Shown piece after piece: positions 1 to 9,699 of a DNA stretch of 42,136 nucleotides. The stretch's first letter is position 1. Each line of letters opens with the position of its first letter. The notes under the pieces were generated by a model. That model worked only from the letters and a program-made list of their open reading frames with translations, searched no databases and was not told where the DNA came from. The position numbers and the translations under genes are program-made. The stretch covers positions 1 through 42,136 of IMG/VR virus record IMGVR_UViG_3300025648_000817; one strand, 5' to 3'. Origin of the DNA: a virus. Lineage: Duplodnaviria > Caudoviricetes.

Positions 1-604
1 ATCCGAACATCTTTCCTGAAATCCAGAGAACGTCCTACATATTTTTCTATCGTGTAACACAAATTATCCATTATTTATCCCTTATGCCGAATGTATTGAA
101 AAAAAACAAACAGTATTATCGAGTGTTAATGCACCACCAGAGTTTTGATAAGCATACACTTGAAAATAACCTCCAGTTGTAACTTGTACCCATTTGCCTA
201 TCATGATAGAAGTACCAAAACCATTAACAGCTTGTACCTGTTCGTAGAATAAATCAGCTCCATTGTATCTAATATCTACTACCCTGCCACCTGTTGCATT
301 TGACGGATAATACAGTTGTACCTGTACGAATACTTCTGTAACTCCAGCTGGTACAGTCCATTTGTAATTACCTGCCGTATTTGTGTAAGCGGAATAAACG
401 TCAGCTCCTACGGTACTAAAAGCACATAAAACATTTGTAGTATTTGCTATACTTTGACCTGTGCCTAATACAGCAGCAAAAACCTCTCTTAATGCACCTT
501 GTTTAGTAGTATCAGAAGCATGTATATGATCTGCTCTTGCTACAGTAGTTAAAGAACCCACAGAAGCAGTACTATTCATTTTTATATTAGATGCAGATGT
601 TTCA
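1..604. repeat. Terminal direct repeat / circular overlap, copy A (matches 41533-42136)
   Basis: Manual alignment with offset 41532: 1-106 and 478-604 identical, 27 substitutions between 107 and 477, no indels. Confidence 0.97.
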
Positions 605-2271
605 AAATTAACATTAAAAGCTGTGTTGGTTGAAATATCAGTTACATTAGCAGTTCCACTAGTTGCATTACCTTTGTAAGTATATGCTCCTGCTTGTGCT
701 AATTTAGAATTTGTTACAGAATTATTTGCAATAGTCAATGCTCCAGTATTGGAAATAGTCGCATCTCCAGATAAAGCCACATCTGTTGCCACATTAGAAC
801 TATTACCCACATAAATATGAGTATTGGTTAAAGCTATCATACCACTACCACCAGCTGAACCATTAGAAGCAGCAGTAATTCTTCCTTTAGCATCTACCGT
901 TAAATTAGTGTTAGTATAGCTACCCACATTACTATTTACTGTGGCTAAAGTAAAGGCTCCAGTATTAGCCAAAGTTAAATCTCCACTAGCAGCCACATCA
1001 GTAGCTACGTTAGAGCCATTGCCGACTAATAAATGAGCAGAAGTTAAAGTGGTTGATTGTTTGGTAGTATCAGAGGGATGCACGTGATCTGCTCTTGGTG
1101 TAGTAGTTAATACACCTACAGACACAGTTCCATTAGATTTAATATTAGAAGTTGAAGTTTCAAAGACTACAGGAGTTGCAACACTTAAAGGAATGGCTAC
1201 AGTGCCATTGCCAGTTAAAGTGGTATCAGTTGTTACTGTATTTAATCCCGAACCTGGAACAGATACTTGAATAGCTCTTGAACCAGTTATCATATCTACT
1301 TCAACTATTGACCAGTTACTAGCATGATAATATAATATAAATCTACCAATGAATACAAATTCAGGAAATATTGAAGATAAAGAATTTAAATTTAAATTTT
1401 GACTTGTTTGTTGTTGTTCTAATACTAATGTACTACTATTAGCTTGTCCTTGCAAAAATACTAATCTATAATTTTGACTATTAGAATCAGCACTTGCTGG
1501 AATAGCATATAACCAGACAGACATATAACTATTATTTGACATTAAAGCCTGTGACCATGTAGACCCTGTGAGCAAATTATAATAAGGTCGATTTCCGCTT
1601 AAAGCTACTATATCTGTCTGGGCTGTTAAGAAATTTTCATCAGGATTGGTATTTGTTAAATATTGTTGAGTATAAGAATTTATAGGTAAATCAGGAATAA
1701 TAGCTAGTAAATCTTCATCATATATTGTTACTGTAGATATTGCTGGTCTTCTATCAGCAGGAGTTGTACTATTTAATACATAATTAGTAATAGAGGGTGG
1801 ATTGAATTTATCTATCCAAGTGCCGATAACTTCATGAAATTCTCTATGTGTTCTGCAATACATGAAATCATGACATTCTCTTTGACCTATAAAGCCTACA
1901 GTTGAATTAAGATAAATAGCATTAGCAATAAACATATTTCCAATGAAATTAGGATAAGTACTTGACCATATATAATTAGTACCATCATAATATAAATATT
2001 GATTTGTTGTTTGCCCTGCTGGATGAGCTGGACTCACCCATCCATTTACCATTGTACTTACAATTTTCCCTTGATAATAAGCCTGAACAGTTCCACCTAC
2101 TGTTATTGTTCTTGCTGTAGCATCATAAGTAACAGTAGTAGCTTCAGGAGCAGTAAATCCAGTGAAAAAATCACCATCAAGAGAAACTTGTAATTGAGAT
2201 TTAATTGTATCCCCTGATTGTATTTGTTCTACTTGTCCATTATTGATTACCAATACATCTCTTGAAGTCAT
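82..2271 (-). CDS. Long tail/head fibre with C-terminal C1q/TNF-like (BclA-CTD-like) receptor-binding domain, allele A
   Basis: 729 aa, T/S/N/G-rich. Two RADH(V/I)H.SDTTKQ knob repeats and two VGNxSNVATDVAxSGD shaft repeats. C-terminal FAAxL...WTVPAGV...YFQVYAYQNSGG..FFSI pattern is typical of C1q-like jelly-roll tips. Confidence 0.8.
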   Translation of the reverse strand: MTSRDVLVINNGQVEQIQSGDTIKSQLQVSLDGDFFTGFTAPEATTVTYDATARTITVGGTVQAYYQGKIVSTMVNGWVSPAHPAGQTTNQYLYYDGTNYIWSSTYPNFIGNMFIANAIYLNSTVGFIGQRECHDFMYCRTHREFHEVIGTWIDKFNPPSITNYVLNSTTPADRRPAISTVTIYDEDLLAIIPDLPINSYTQQYLTNTNPDENFLTAQTDIVALSGNRPYYNLLTGSTWSQALMSNNSYMSVWLYAIPASADSNSQNYRLVFLQGQANSSTLVLEQQQTSQNLNLNSLSSIFPEFVFIGRFILYYHASNWSIVEVDMITGSRAIQVSVPGSGLNTVTTDTTLTGNGTVAIPLSVATPVVFETSTSNIKSNGTVSVGVLTTTPRADHVHPSDTTKQSTTLTSAHLLVGNGSNVATDVAASGDLTLANTGAFTLATVNSNVGSYTNTNLTVDAKGRITAASNGSAGGSGMIALTNTHIYVGNSSNVATDVALSGDATISNTGALTIANNSVTNSKLAQAGAYTYKGNATSGTANVTDISTNTAFNVNFETSASNIKMNSTASVGSLTTVARADHIHASDTTKQGALREVFAAVLGTGQSIANTTNVLCAFSTVGADVYSAYTNTAGNYKWTVPAGVTEVFVQVQLYYPSNATGGRVVDIRYNGADLFYEQVQAVNGFGTSIMIGKWVQVTTGGYFQVYAYQNSGGALTLDNTVCFFSIHSA

Positions 2272-2280
2272 ATTATTTAC

Positions 2281-2760
2281 CTATAAAAGAATTGACATTT
2301 TAATATCTATTTTCATTTCAGTTGTTGAAATAGCAGTTCCAACTTGTTGTACATATTGTCCGACAGCGGTTGGTGCTGTTACTGTTATTTTACCATAAGC
2401 AGCAGGATCTAAATAATACAAAGCACCTGGAGTGAGTCCACCAGATTCCCCTGTACAGACTGCATCCCATTGAACTGTAGTAGCAGATAAATCACCTGTT
2501 AATTGAACAGCTCCAGTACTGCCAGCAGCGGTAGAAGTTGCTTGCATAAAACCAATTGGATTAATAGTTCCAAGTGCATTAGCTTTAGCCATCTTAACTG
2601 TATCTGCTGCTGAAATATAAACTGGCATGCCTATTGTAATTGTTGCACTAGATTCACCATTTGTAAATACAGGTAAATTAGCATTATTTGCTATTGAATC
2701 ACCTGATTGAAGTTGTTGTATTTGACCATTTGCTATAACTAAAGGGATTCTCTGAGTCAT
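2281..2760 (-). CDS. Virion structural protein, capsid-cement/head-fibre-like domain
   Basis: GMPVYI..DTVKMAKA..IGF and YYLDP..GKITVTAPT..GQYVQQVGTAISTTE motifs; paralogous to 4259-4891. Confidence 0.6.
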   Translation of the reverse strand: MTQRIPLVIANGQIQQLQSGDSIANNANLPVFTNGESSATITIGMPVYISAADTVKMAKANALGTINPIGFMQATSTAAGSTGAVQLTGDLSATTVQWDAVCTGESGGLTPGALYYLDPAAYGKITVTAPTAVGQYVQQVGTAISTTEMKIDIKMSILL

Positions 2761-2778
2761 TATAAACCTTCTTTCTTC

Positions 2779-4248
2779 TTAATATCCGATTAATTCTATA
2801 AATCCACTATCTGTAGTCCCTGTAATTGTTACTGCTATTGTAGATAAAGCTGTAACTTTGGCTGTTAAAGATTGAGATAATATTTGAGGTGTATTAGTAA
2901 ATGCTACTGGAAAAGTATAAGAAGCTGTTCCATTTAATGAATTTAAGTATATAATTATATTTTTATAATTACTTGCTTGGAATGGTTCAGAAAATATAGC
3001 AGAACCTCCACTAGCTGATGTTAATATATATTCATAAATAGTATGTGAAGTATATCCCATTAAATACATTTTTGTATCAAAGAAGGTTATAGCAAGACAA
3101 TTAGTATCTTGACTTGTTGTATTAAAAAATTTAGTGGAATAAATTGCAGTAGAAATATCACCTGCTACGCTTAAATTATATTCATAGACAGAACTAGTAG
3201 CACTTCCAGTAACATATATTTTAGTATCATCAGTAGATAAAGCTAAATTCCATATTGAAGTATCTTGTGAAGATGGATTAAGTGATTTACTGCTATAAGA
3301 AGCAGTAGACAAAGTCCAAGCTGTTGCTAAGTTATATTGATAAATAAAATTAGTAGTATGATCTACAACATATAATTCATGTCCATCATGAGAACTTGTT
3401 AATCCCAATACATAGGAACATTGAGCAGATGTATCAAAAGAAGTAATATAAGTTGCAGTTGTTATATCTCCAGCTGTACCTAAATTGTATTGATAAATAG
3501 AATTAGTTACATAACCAGTAACAAACATTTTTGTTCCATCAGGAGAGATTGTTAATCCCCAGGGATGACTTAATTGAGATACTGTACTAAAAGAATTAAC
3601 ATAAGAAGCTGTAGACACATCACCTGGTGTACTTAAATTATATTCATATATAGCTCCATTAATATAGCCAGCTACATACATTTTACTTCCATCAGCAGAA
3701 ACTACGATTCCAAAAGGCAAGGTATCTTGAGATAAAGGACTGAATGATTTACCAGTATAAGAAGCAGTAGATAAATTCAAATCACCAGCAGCAGCATTGA
3801 CTGTGGTTTGAGTCGTGTGAATATCACCACCACCACCACCACCACCAGCTTTAAATATAGCATTACCACTAGAAGTATCTTTAGTTAAGACATATTCATT
3901 TGTAGCAGAAGCTACAGCAGTCAAGTTATTTAGAGCAGTTTGTTGAGAAACAACATCTGAAAGGTTATTTGCTTTTGTTGGATAATTACCGAAAATAGTA
4001 TCACTTTCTGTTATATAACCTGTATTATTAATGAAAGATATTGTATCATTACCTGAGATAACTATATCATTACCACCATAAATAGTAGATAAACCTTGAG
4101 TGATAGTGGATGATATTGTATCACCAATTATACTAATTCCTGTACCAGCTACTATTGTTGGAATCGCTGTGCTAATTGTGTTTAGTGCCGTATTTAAATT
4201 ATTTGTATAAGTTACACCATCCACATCGTTAGGGAGATTGTAAGTCAT
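2779..4248 (-). CDS. Fibre/adhesin with beta-propeller repeats and C-terminal lectin-like domain
   Basis: About 6 repeats of S.DG.KMYV.G....IYEYNLS..GD.STASY; AGTGISI shaft motif; C-terminal YTFPVAFTNTP motif. Confidence 0.65.
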   Translation of the reverse strand: MTYNLPNDVDGVTYTNNLNTALNTISTAIPTIVAGTGISIIGDTISSTITQGLSTIYGGNDIVISGNDTISFINNTGYITESDTIFGNYPTKANNLSDVVSQQTALNNLTAVASATNEYVLTKDTSSGNAIFKAGGGGGGGDIHTTQTTVNAAAGDLNLSTASYTGKSFSPLSQDTLPFGIVVSADGSKMYVAGYINGAIYEYNLSTPGDVSTASYVNSFSTVSQLSHPWGLTISPDGTKMFVTGYVTNSIYQYNLGTAGDITTATYITSFDTSAQCSYVLGLTSSHDGHELYVVDHTTNFIYQYNLATAWTLSTASYSSKSLNPSSQDTSIWNLALSTDDTKIYVTGSATSSVYEYNLSVAGDISTAIYSTKFFNTTSQDTNCLAITFFDTKMYLMGYTSHTIYEYILTSASGGSAIFSEPFQASNYKNIIIYLNSLNGTASYTFPVAFTNTPQILSQSLTAKVTALSTIAVTITGTTDSGFIELIGY

Positions 4249-4258
4249 TATTGCTCCT

Positions 4259-4891
4259 TTATAAAAGAATAGGTTTTTCTATCTCTATTTCTAAAGTTGT
4301 TGTTGATACTGCCTCACCAATTGATACTACATATTGACCTGTAGATGTTGGTGCAATGTTTGTTATATTTCCTGCTATATCAGGGCTTAAATAATAATAA
4401 TTATTAATTGACAATGAGGATATTCCTTCTGTTAATAATCCAAAATCAGTTAATAAAGATATATCAGGGACATCTCCTACTATTAAATAACTTGTACCCG
4501 TTATAGCTGGCCAGTTACTCAGTGTTAAATTATTTTCTGTGTATTCACAAGAGAATCCTATGGAAGTATCCGCTATCGCAAAGCCAACGACCTTAGAAGT
4601 CAACAAAGCAGATGCTTTGGCTAATCCAATGTGTCCATTATTTTTAATATAAACTGGTTGTCCTTGTTTAATTATTTCATCTGCTTGAGCTGATAGATAA
4701 CTTGTTTGTGGAACAGCATATAACTCATTACTATTATTTATTTTAATAGTGGAATTATCTACTTTTACTGCAAAATTAATATTACCAGTATTATCAAGAG
4801 TAACATTAATGGCGGTATTAGCACCATTTATTATATTTTGGACTAAGGTCTTAAAAGAACCTTGTAATCTACTTATTAATATCTTTTGCAT
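4259..4891 (-). CDS. Virion structural protein (paralog of 2281-2760)
   Basis: VKVDNSTIKIN fibre motif, GQPVYIK..IGLAKA..VVGFA, YYYLSP..AGNITNIAPT.GQYVVSIGEAVSTT. Confidence 0.6.
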   Translation of the reverse strand: MQKILISRLQGSFKTLVQNIINGANTAINVTLDNTGNINFAVKVDNSTIKINNSNELYAVPQTSYLSAQADEIIKQGQPVYIKNNGHIGLAKASALLTSKVVGFAIADTSIGFSCEYTENNLTLSNWPAITGTSYLIVGDVPDISLLTDFGLLTEGISSLSINNYYYLSPDIAGNITNIAPTSTGQYVVSIGEAVSTTTLEIEIEKPILL

Positions 4892-4901
4892 TTAATTTAC
4901 C

Positions 4902-6110
4902 TTAATATGGTGTTGATGGTGGGGTGAAGTTAGAAGTATGTGCTTGCGTTACATCAAAAAATCTTAATTCATCAAGATAACCACCAAAACTACTATTGCT
5001 TGATGCCATACCTATCATTAATGGATTGGAGCCACTTGTATTAAAACAATTATGAGCAACTGGAGTTCCTGACAATATTCCATTGACAAACATGCGAGTT
5101 GTACCATCCGATGCACAAGAAACTTCTATATGTGTCCAAGTGTTATATATACTTAACCCTGTTGGCATTATATAACTAAGTCCTTGCGTAGGCACTGAGT
5201 AAAAATAAATATCATTACTTGATATAGATAAACTCCACCCATTATATATATCATTTGTAGAACATGTTAATAATCTATAATTAGCTCCGTCATTATGTAA
5301 TGTTTTAACCCAACAATCAAAACCACCACCACTTGATGCTAATGCTCCTATTATAGAATTTGAACCACTGGCGGTAATATACCAAGAAGAAGGATTCATG
5401 TAACAAGATGCTCCACCAAATTTATAATCTGATGAACTTATTATAGCGTTAGATGTTGAAAAATTTCCGTGAGGATTGACATTATTAAAATCGGTATCGA
5501 AATGAAATAAAGAATAAAATGGATTTGTAGTTGTTTCATTTACTGTATTTGACATTGCCGACTCTCCATAAGCATTATAAGCTGTTACATAATAATAATA
5601 AATTCCACTACTTGGAGTTGTATCACTAAAAGTAAGACTTGTTGAATTTCCCACTTCTGTAAAATTAATATTATCTGTTGATCGATATATATTAAATCCT
5701 ATTTGATTCTTAGTATTATTAGTCCAAGACAGATTAACTATTAATCCTGAAACACTACCTGTCAATCCAGAAGGAGCATATAAAGTTGATTTAATATCTT
5801 CATTAGCAGGATTATTAACAGTTGAATTGACTGGATTGCTAAAATTTCTATTTAATTGTTGAGTAGTTACTCCAAGAGTAGAAGCCAATGCTGTTATATC
5901 AGGCTGAGATTTGTAAGTTACTTGATTCAAGAATCCAGCTATTTGATTCATGACTGGATTTATTGCATTACCATTAGGAGCATCAGCAAATATTTGCCCA
6001 TTAATAAAAGGCTCAACTACTAATGGAGTTAGAGTTAAGCCAGTTTTAGTGTTAAGGTCATTACAAGCTGTTACTAAACTAGTTATTATTGAATTAAGAG
6101 ATTGTGTCAT
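4902..6110 (-). CDS. Virion protein with fibronectin type III and LamG/ConA-like lectin domains
   Basis: APSGLTG..VNLSWTNN....GFNIYRS...FSDT....YYYYVTAYNAYGES.MSN (FN3); YKFGGAS, WTHIEVS..RMFVNG, GYLDELRF, SNFTPPSTPY (LamG-like). Confidence 0.8.
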   Translation of the reverse strand: MTQSLNSIITSLVTACNDLNTKTGLTLTPLVVEPFINGQIFADAPNGNAINPVMNQIAGFLNQVTYKSQPDITALASTLGVTTQQLNRNFSNPVNSTVNNPANEDIKSTLYAPSGLTGSVSGLIVNLSWTNNTKNQIGFNIYRSTDNINFTEVGNSTSLTFSDTTPSSGIYYYYVTAYNAYGESAMSNTVNETTTNPFYSLFHFDTDFNNVNPHGNFSTSNAIISSSDYKFGGASCYMNPSSWYITASGSNSIIGALASSGGGFDCWVKTLHNDGANYRLLTCSTNDIYNGWSLSISSNDIYFYSVPTQGLSYIMPTGLSIYNTWTHIEVSCASDGTTRMFVNGILSGTPVAHNCFNTSGSNPLMIGMASSNSSFGGYLDELRFFDVTQAHTSNFTPPSTPY

Positions 6111-6118
6111 CTTTACCT

Positions 6119-6316
6119 CTATGCTGATAATATAGTATTAGTTAATACAGTTGGAACTACAGGAGTATGTGTTATGTTTTTAGCTAATGCTATTGTATTG
6201 ATATAAGCTGCGAATTGAGAAAACAAAGGATTCAATGCATTGGACCCTGGTGCATTAGTATTTAATGCTGTAGCTTTTAATGGTGTCCATACAAGAGGAG
6301 TTAATAATGTTGTCAT
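6119..6316 (-). CDS. Small virion protein, homologous to the N-terminus of 4902-6110
   Basis: Likely start MTTLLTPLVW at 6316 (ATGA overlap with the upstream stop); LTPLV..P......NAP..NA.NP...Q.A...N shared with the next gene. Confidence 0.55.
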   Translation of the reverse strand: MTTLLTPLVWTPLKATALNTNAPGSNALNPLFSQFAAYINTIALAKNITHTPVVPTVLTNTILSA

Positions 6317-7773
6317 TGTTGACCTGCCATTACTTTTTGAAGATATTGTCTTAATATATTTTGTTGTGACCACGGAGCTAATGCATTTAAAGCTCCAGCT
6401 CCAGCTTCATATCCTCCAGTTGCTATTCCATGAGCTAATGGAGAGAAAGATAAACCTGCTAAAGCTAAAGGGGAGTGTACTGCTCCACCAGCTAAAGCAC
6501 CTAATGCTCCTGCTCCTCTTAATGCTTGTATAGCACCACCACCTTGAGGTAATAAATTAGTAAATTGACTTCCTGCCAAATTAGTAGAAAAAGCAGTATT
6601 AGCTTGTCCAAGTTCAGGGCTTATTTGTGAAAGTCTATCCCTAAAGGAACCAGCTAAAGCTTTAAGTGCTTGATTTCTTACTGTATCTTCACCACTTTGT
6701 ACATCATAATTAACTCTTTTATCTAAAAAAGTTTTCATATCTTGTAAATCAGAAGCCGTTACATGTGTTGGAGTTTGACTAGTAGGCTCTGCTCTATAAA
6801 AATCAGCAAGTTCTTCATCTGATAAAGTCGGATTCATTTGCCTTGCCCTTTGTAAAGTAGCAGGGTCTAAGCCAGCTAACACATTTTTTGCTGGTTCTAA
6901 GGCATTAACAGAACCATTCATATAATCAGTTATCTTTTTAACTTCTGGAGCTATAGTATCAGATTGCCAATTAAAGTTACCTGCTTGATTGGCTTTCTTT
7001 AAACCTGATTGTGTATCTTCTATCATTTGTGTTATATCTGATGTAGGAACGGGTATTTTATTTGCTAAGTCTGATACTGCTTTGTTTACTAATTGTCCTG
7101 AAGTATCTACAGCACTCATTCCAGGTATATTGTTTAACATTGCTCTAGCAATAACAGGATTGCCACCAACATCTATATTCTTAAATATTTTTTGATAATC
7201 ACTAGGATTGATTCCAGCTATTCCACCAAGAGTTGGAGCTAAACTTCTAAAAGCACTTCCTGCTACTTCTAATCCTGCTGGTAATACTCCGCCTACTAAA
7301 GCACCTTGTCCTGTTTGCTGTGCTATTTGTCCTAAATTTTGTCCTTGATTAGCTGCACTAGAGCCTTGAAGAAATCCACCTTGAACAGCTCCAGTTGCTA
7401 CTCTTTGTGCTAATGGAGCAAAGCTTCCAAGTTTAGAGGCTATTGTTTCTCCTAGTCCTATTTCTGGTGCTGCCATCATAGGAAGTATATTTCCCAAAGC
7501 CCCACCAATATTCCCAGCCGTTCCTTGAGCTTTATAATCACCAAATACAGGTGTAGCATTACCAGTAAAAGCTTGGTGTGCTAAATTAATAGCACCTCTA
7601 GGTATTTCAGTTAAGCCACTCAAAAAGCCTTGTCCAAAATCTTGTAAAGCTCCCACTTGTGGTTGTGCTTGTTGTGGTTGATTATCTAGATATGTAATTG
7701 TTGGTTGTGCTTGTTGTGGATTGGTTTGTTGCATATTAGATTGTTGTGGATTATCTAAATAAGTTATAGGCAT
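6313..7773 (-). CDS. Putative DNA ejection / internal virion protein
   Basis: 486 aa, A/G/Q-rich with Gly-rich hydrophobic segments; lies after the nozzle gene as in P22/T7-like podoviruses. Confidence 0.55.
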   Translation of the reverse strand: MPITYLDNPQQSNMQQTNPQQAQPTITYLDNQPQQAQPQVGALQDFGQGFLSGLTEIPRGAINLAHQAFTGNATPVFGDYKAQGTAGNIGGALGNILPMMAAPEIGLGETIASKLGSFAPLAQRVATGAVQGGFLQGSSAANQGQNLGQIAQQTGQGALVGGVLPAGLEVAGSAFRSLAPTLGGIAGINPSDYQKIFKNIDVGGNPVIARAMLNNIPGMSAVDTSGQLVNKAVSDLANKIPVPTSDITQMIEDTQSGLKKANQAGNFNWQSDTIAPEVKKITDYMNGSVNALEPAKNVLAGLDPATLQRARQMNPTLSDEELADFYRAEPTSQTPTHVTASDLQDMKTFLDKRVNYDVQSGEDTVRNQALKALAGSFRDRLSQISPELGQANTAFSTNLAGSQFTNLLPQGGGAIQALRGAGALGALAGGAVHSPLALAGLSFSPLAHGIATGGYEAGAGALNALAPWSQQNILRQYLQKVMAGQQ

Positions 7774-9278
7774 TAATCAATCCTCGCTAATCTACCATTA
7801 ATTGTTATTATGCTTCCCTTTGCAAGTCCTGCTGATATTGCTTCCTGTTCTGAATTAAATGTTTGTCCTTGCATAGCACTTGAAGTTCCATAAGGTGATT
7901 GATATTTCTGATTCTTAAAGTCTACACCAATGGAAGTAGCTACTTGATTTTGAAATATAGCCATTTTAGATTGTTTTACTGCTTCTGTATCAGACCATTT
8001 AGGTAGGGAATCTTTTATTTGTTGCATACTCCAAGTAGAAGGTCTGCCTGTAGAATTTTCAATAGCTTTCAATGCGTTCATTGCTACACTATTTCTTTGT
8101 GTTTCATAAGCTGCTATTTCAGGTGTAGTTTGATTCGGCTGAGTTAAGAGATTTGTTTGTACTGCTGCAACATCTCCTAAATTATTTATTTTAGGTAAAT
8201 TAGCCATTGTAGAATTTAAGGAATCAAGATTAGCAGAGAATCTATCTATCATATTTCTGCCAGCATCGGTTTTTTGTTGTTGCTTAGTTATTTCTAATAT
8301 TTGATATTGACTTAAAGGAGCAGGAGCTTTATTCATTACAGCAGTAGCTTTATACATTTCTGCCAAAACAGGATTTGATTCTCCTACCTTAACTCCATTC
8401 TGATACATAGAACCATCTTTAGGGTTAAGTTTTACACCATTTCCTAAATCTTCTAATTCTGATTGACCATATTCTGTATTAGCAACATCGAGCAATCCTT
8501 TATTCTTAAGCTGTTGCATAGCCATCTCTTGTTGAGCTGCTGATGCTGCTGATGCTGGTGATTGTAAATTACTTATTCCAGTATTTAAATTTTGTCTAGC
8601 TATATCTGCTAATTGTTGATTAGGTTGTTGCTGTGCCTGTACCCTTGCTTGATATGACTCTGGACTTTCTCCAAAGCTACTTAAAACTTGAGTATTGGCT
8701 CTAGCCTGAGCATTTATTTTATCTAATCTATCTTGCTCTAATTGATTTAATTGCATCTGTTGTAATTGTTGTTGTAGAGTATTTGCTTGTTGAGGCATCA
8801 CTTGAGGATTTGCTTGCTGAGGATTTTGTTGTTGAGGATTCACTTGTTGTTGTTGTGCTATTTGTTGTGCAAGAAGTCCTTGAGGCTGATTAGCCACCTG
8901 AGTTTGTGAAGGATTCACTTGCTGTTGTGAAGCAATTTGTTGTGCTCTATTTATTCTTTCATTTCTTTGCTCAGGTGTTAATATGGATGATACCATAAAA
9001 TCTGCACTTTGTTTAGGTTGCATTAATGATTGCAATGAAGGTTGATTTTGAATAGGTTGATTAGACCACTGACCACTTGCTCCTCCACCACCAAAACTAC
9101 CTCCTCCACCACCACTACCACCGCCACTAGTTTGTTGTGAAGGTTGTGAAGGTTGTAAAGGAGAGTTAAGTGAATTGGCTACTTGTTGATTCATCCATTG
9201 CATTAAAGGATTTAACATAGGATATGCTTTACCCCAATCACTGGCACTTGAATATAAATCTAAATTAGGTGTTGACAT
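7773..9278 (-). CDS. Putative DNA ejection / pilot protein (Q-rich)
   Basis: 501 aa, low-complexity Q/P/N; syntenic position. Confidence 0.5.
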   Translation of the reverse strand: MSTPNLDLYSSASDWGKAYPMLNPLMQWMNQQVANSLNSPLQPSQPSQQTSGGGSGGGGGSFGGGGASGQWSNQPIQNQPSLQSLMQPKQSADFMVSSILTPEQRNERINRAQQIASQQQVNPSQTQVANQPQGLLAQQIAQQQQVNPQQQNPQQANPQVMPQQANTLQQQLQQMQLNQLEQDRLDKINAQARANTQVLSSFGESPESYQARVQAQQQPNQQLADIARQNLNTGISNLQSPASAASAAQQEMAMQQLKNKGLLDVANTEYGQSELEDLGNGVKLNPKDGSMYQNGVKVGESNPVLAEMYKATAVMNKAPAPLSQYQILEITKQQQKTDAGRNMIDRFSANLDSLNSTMANLPKINNLGDVAAVQTNLLTQPNQTTPEIAAYETQRNSVAMNALKAIENSTGRPSTWSMQQIKDSLPKWSDTEAVKQSKMAIFQNQVATSIGVDFKNQKYQSPYGTSSAMQGQTFNSEQEAISAGLAKGSIITINGRLARID

Positions 9279-9304
9279 AATTTTATTATCCTTATATTAA
9301 ATTA

Positions 9305-9688
9305 TTAAAATCCATATCTCCAAGGATTCATCAACTGATCTTGTTGTTGTTGCTGTTGCATCTGTTGTTGTTGTTGTTGTTGGAAATTCATTTGTCCTGG
9401 CGTACTATTAGCCCATTGATTATATTGATTACCCATGTTTCCTGTATATTGATTAGCTAGATTAGCTTCGCCTAATGCCATGTTTCTATTATTTTGATTC
9501 ATCGCATCATTATACATAGAGGTATTTATCCCACCAAATCTATTAGCCATATTCTGGAGAGCGCCTTGTTGCTGTTGCCCATATAAATTTTGTAAATTTT
9601 GTTGACCGATATTTTGTTGTGCTTGTGCTACTTGCTGGAAAGCTGGATTGGAATATGCATTTTGCATATTATTGTAATTCATTCCCAT
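9305..9688 (-). CDS. Small Q/N/M-rich putative ejection protein
   Basis: 127 aa with poly-Q; first gene after the nozzle. Confidence 0.45.
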   Translation of the reverse strand: MGMNYNNMQNAYSNPAFQQVAQAQQNIGQQNLQNLYGQQQQGALQNMANRFGGINTSMYNDAMNQNNRNMALGEANLANQYTGNMGNQYNQWANSTPGQMNFQQQQQQQMQQQQQQDQLMNPWRYGF

Positions 9689-9699
9689 TATTAATTCCT

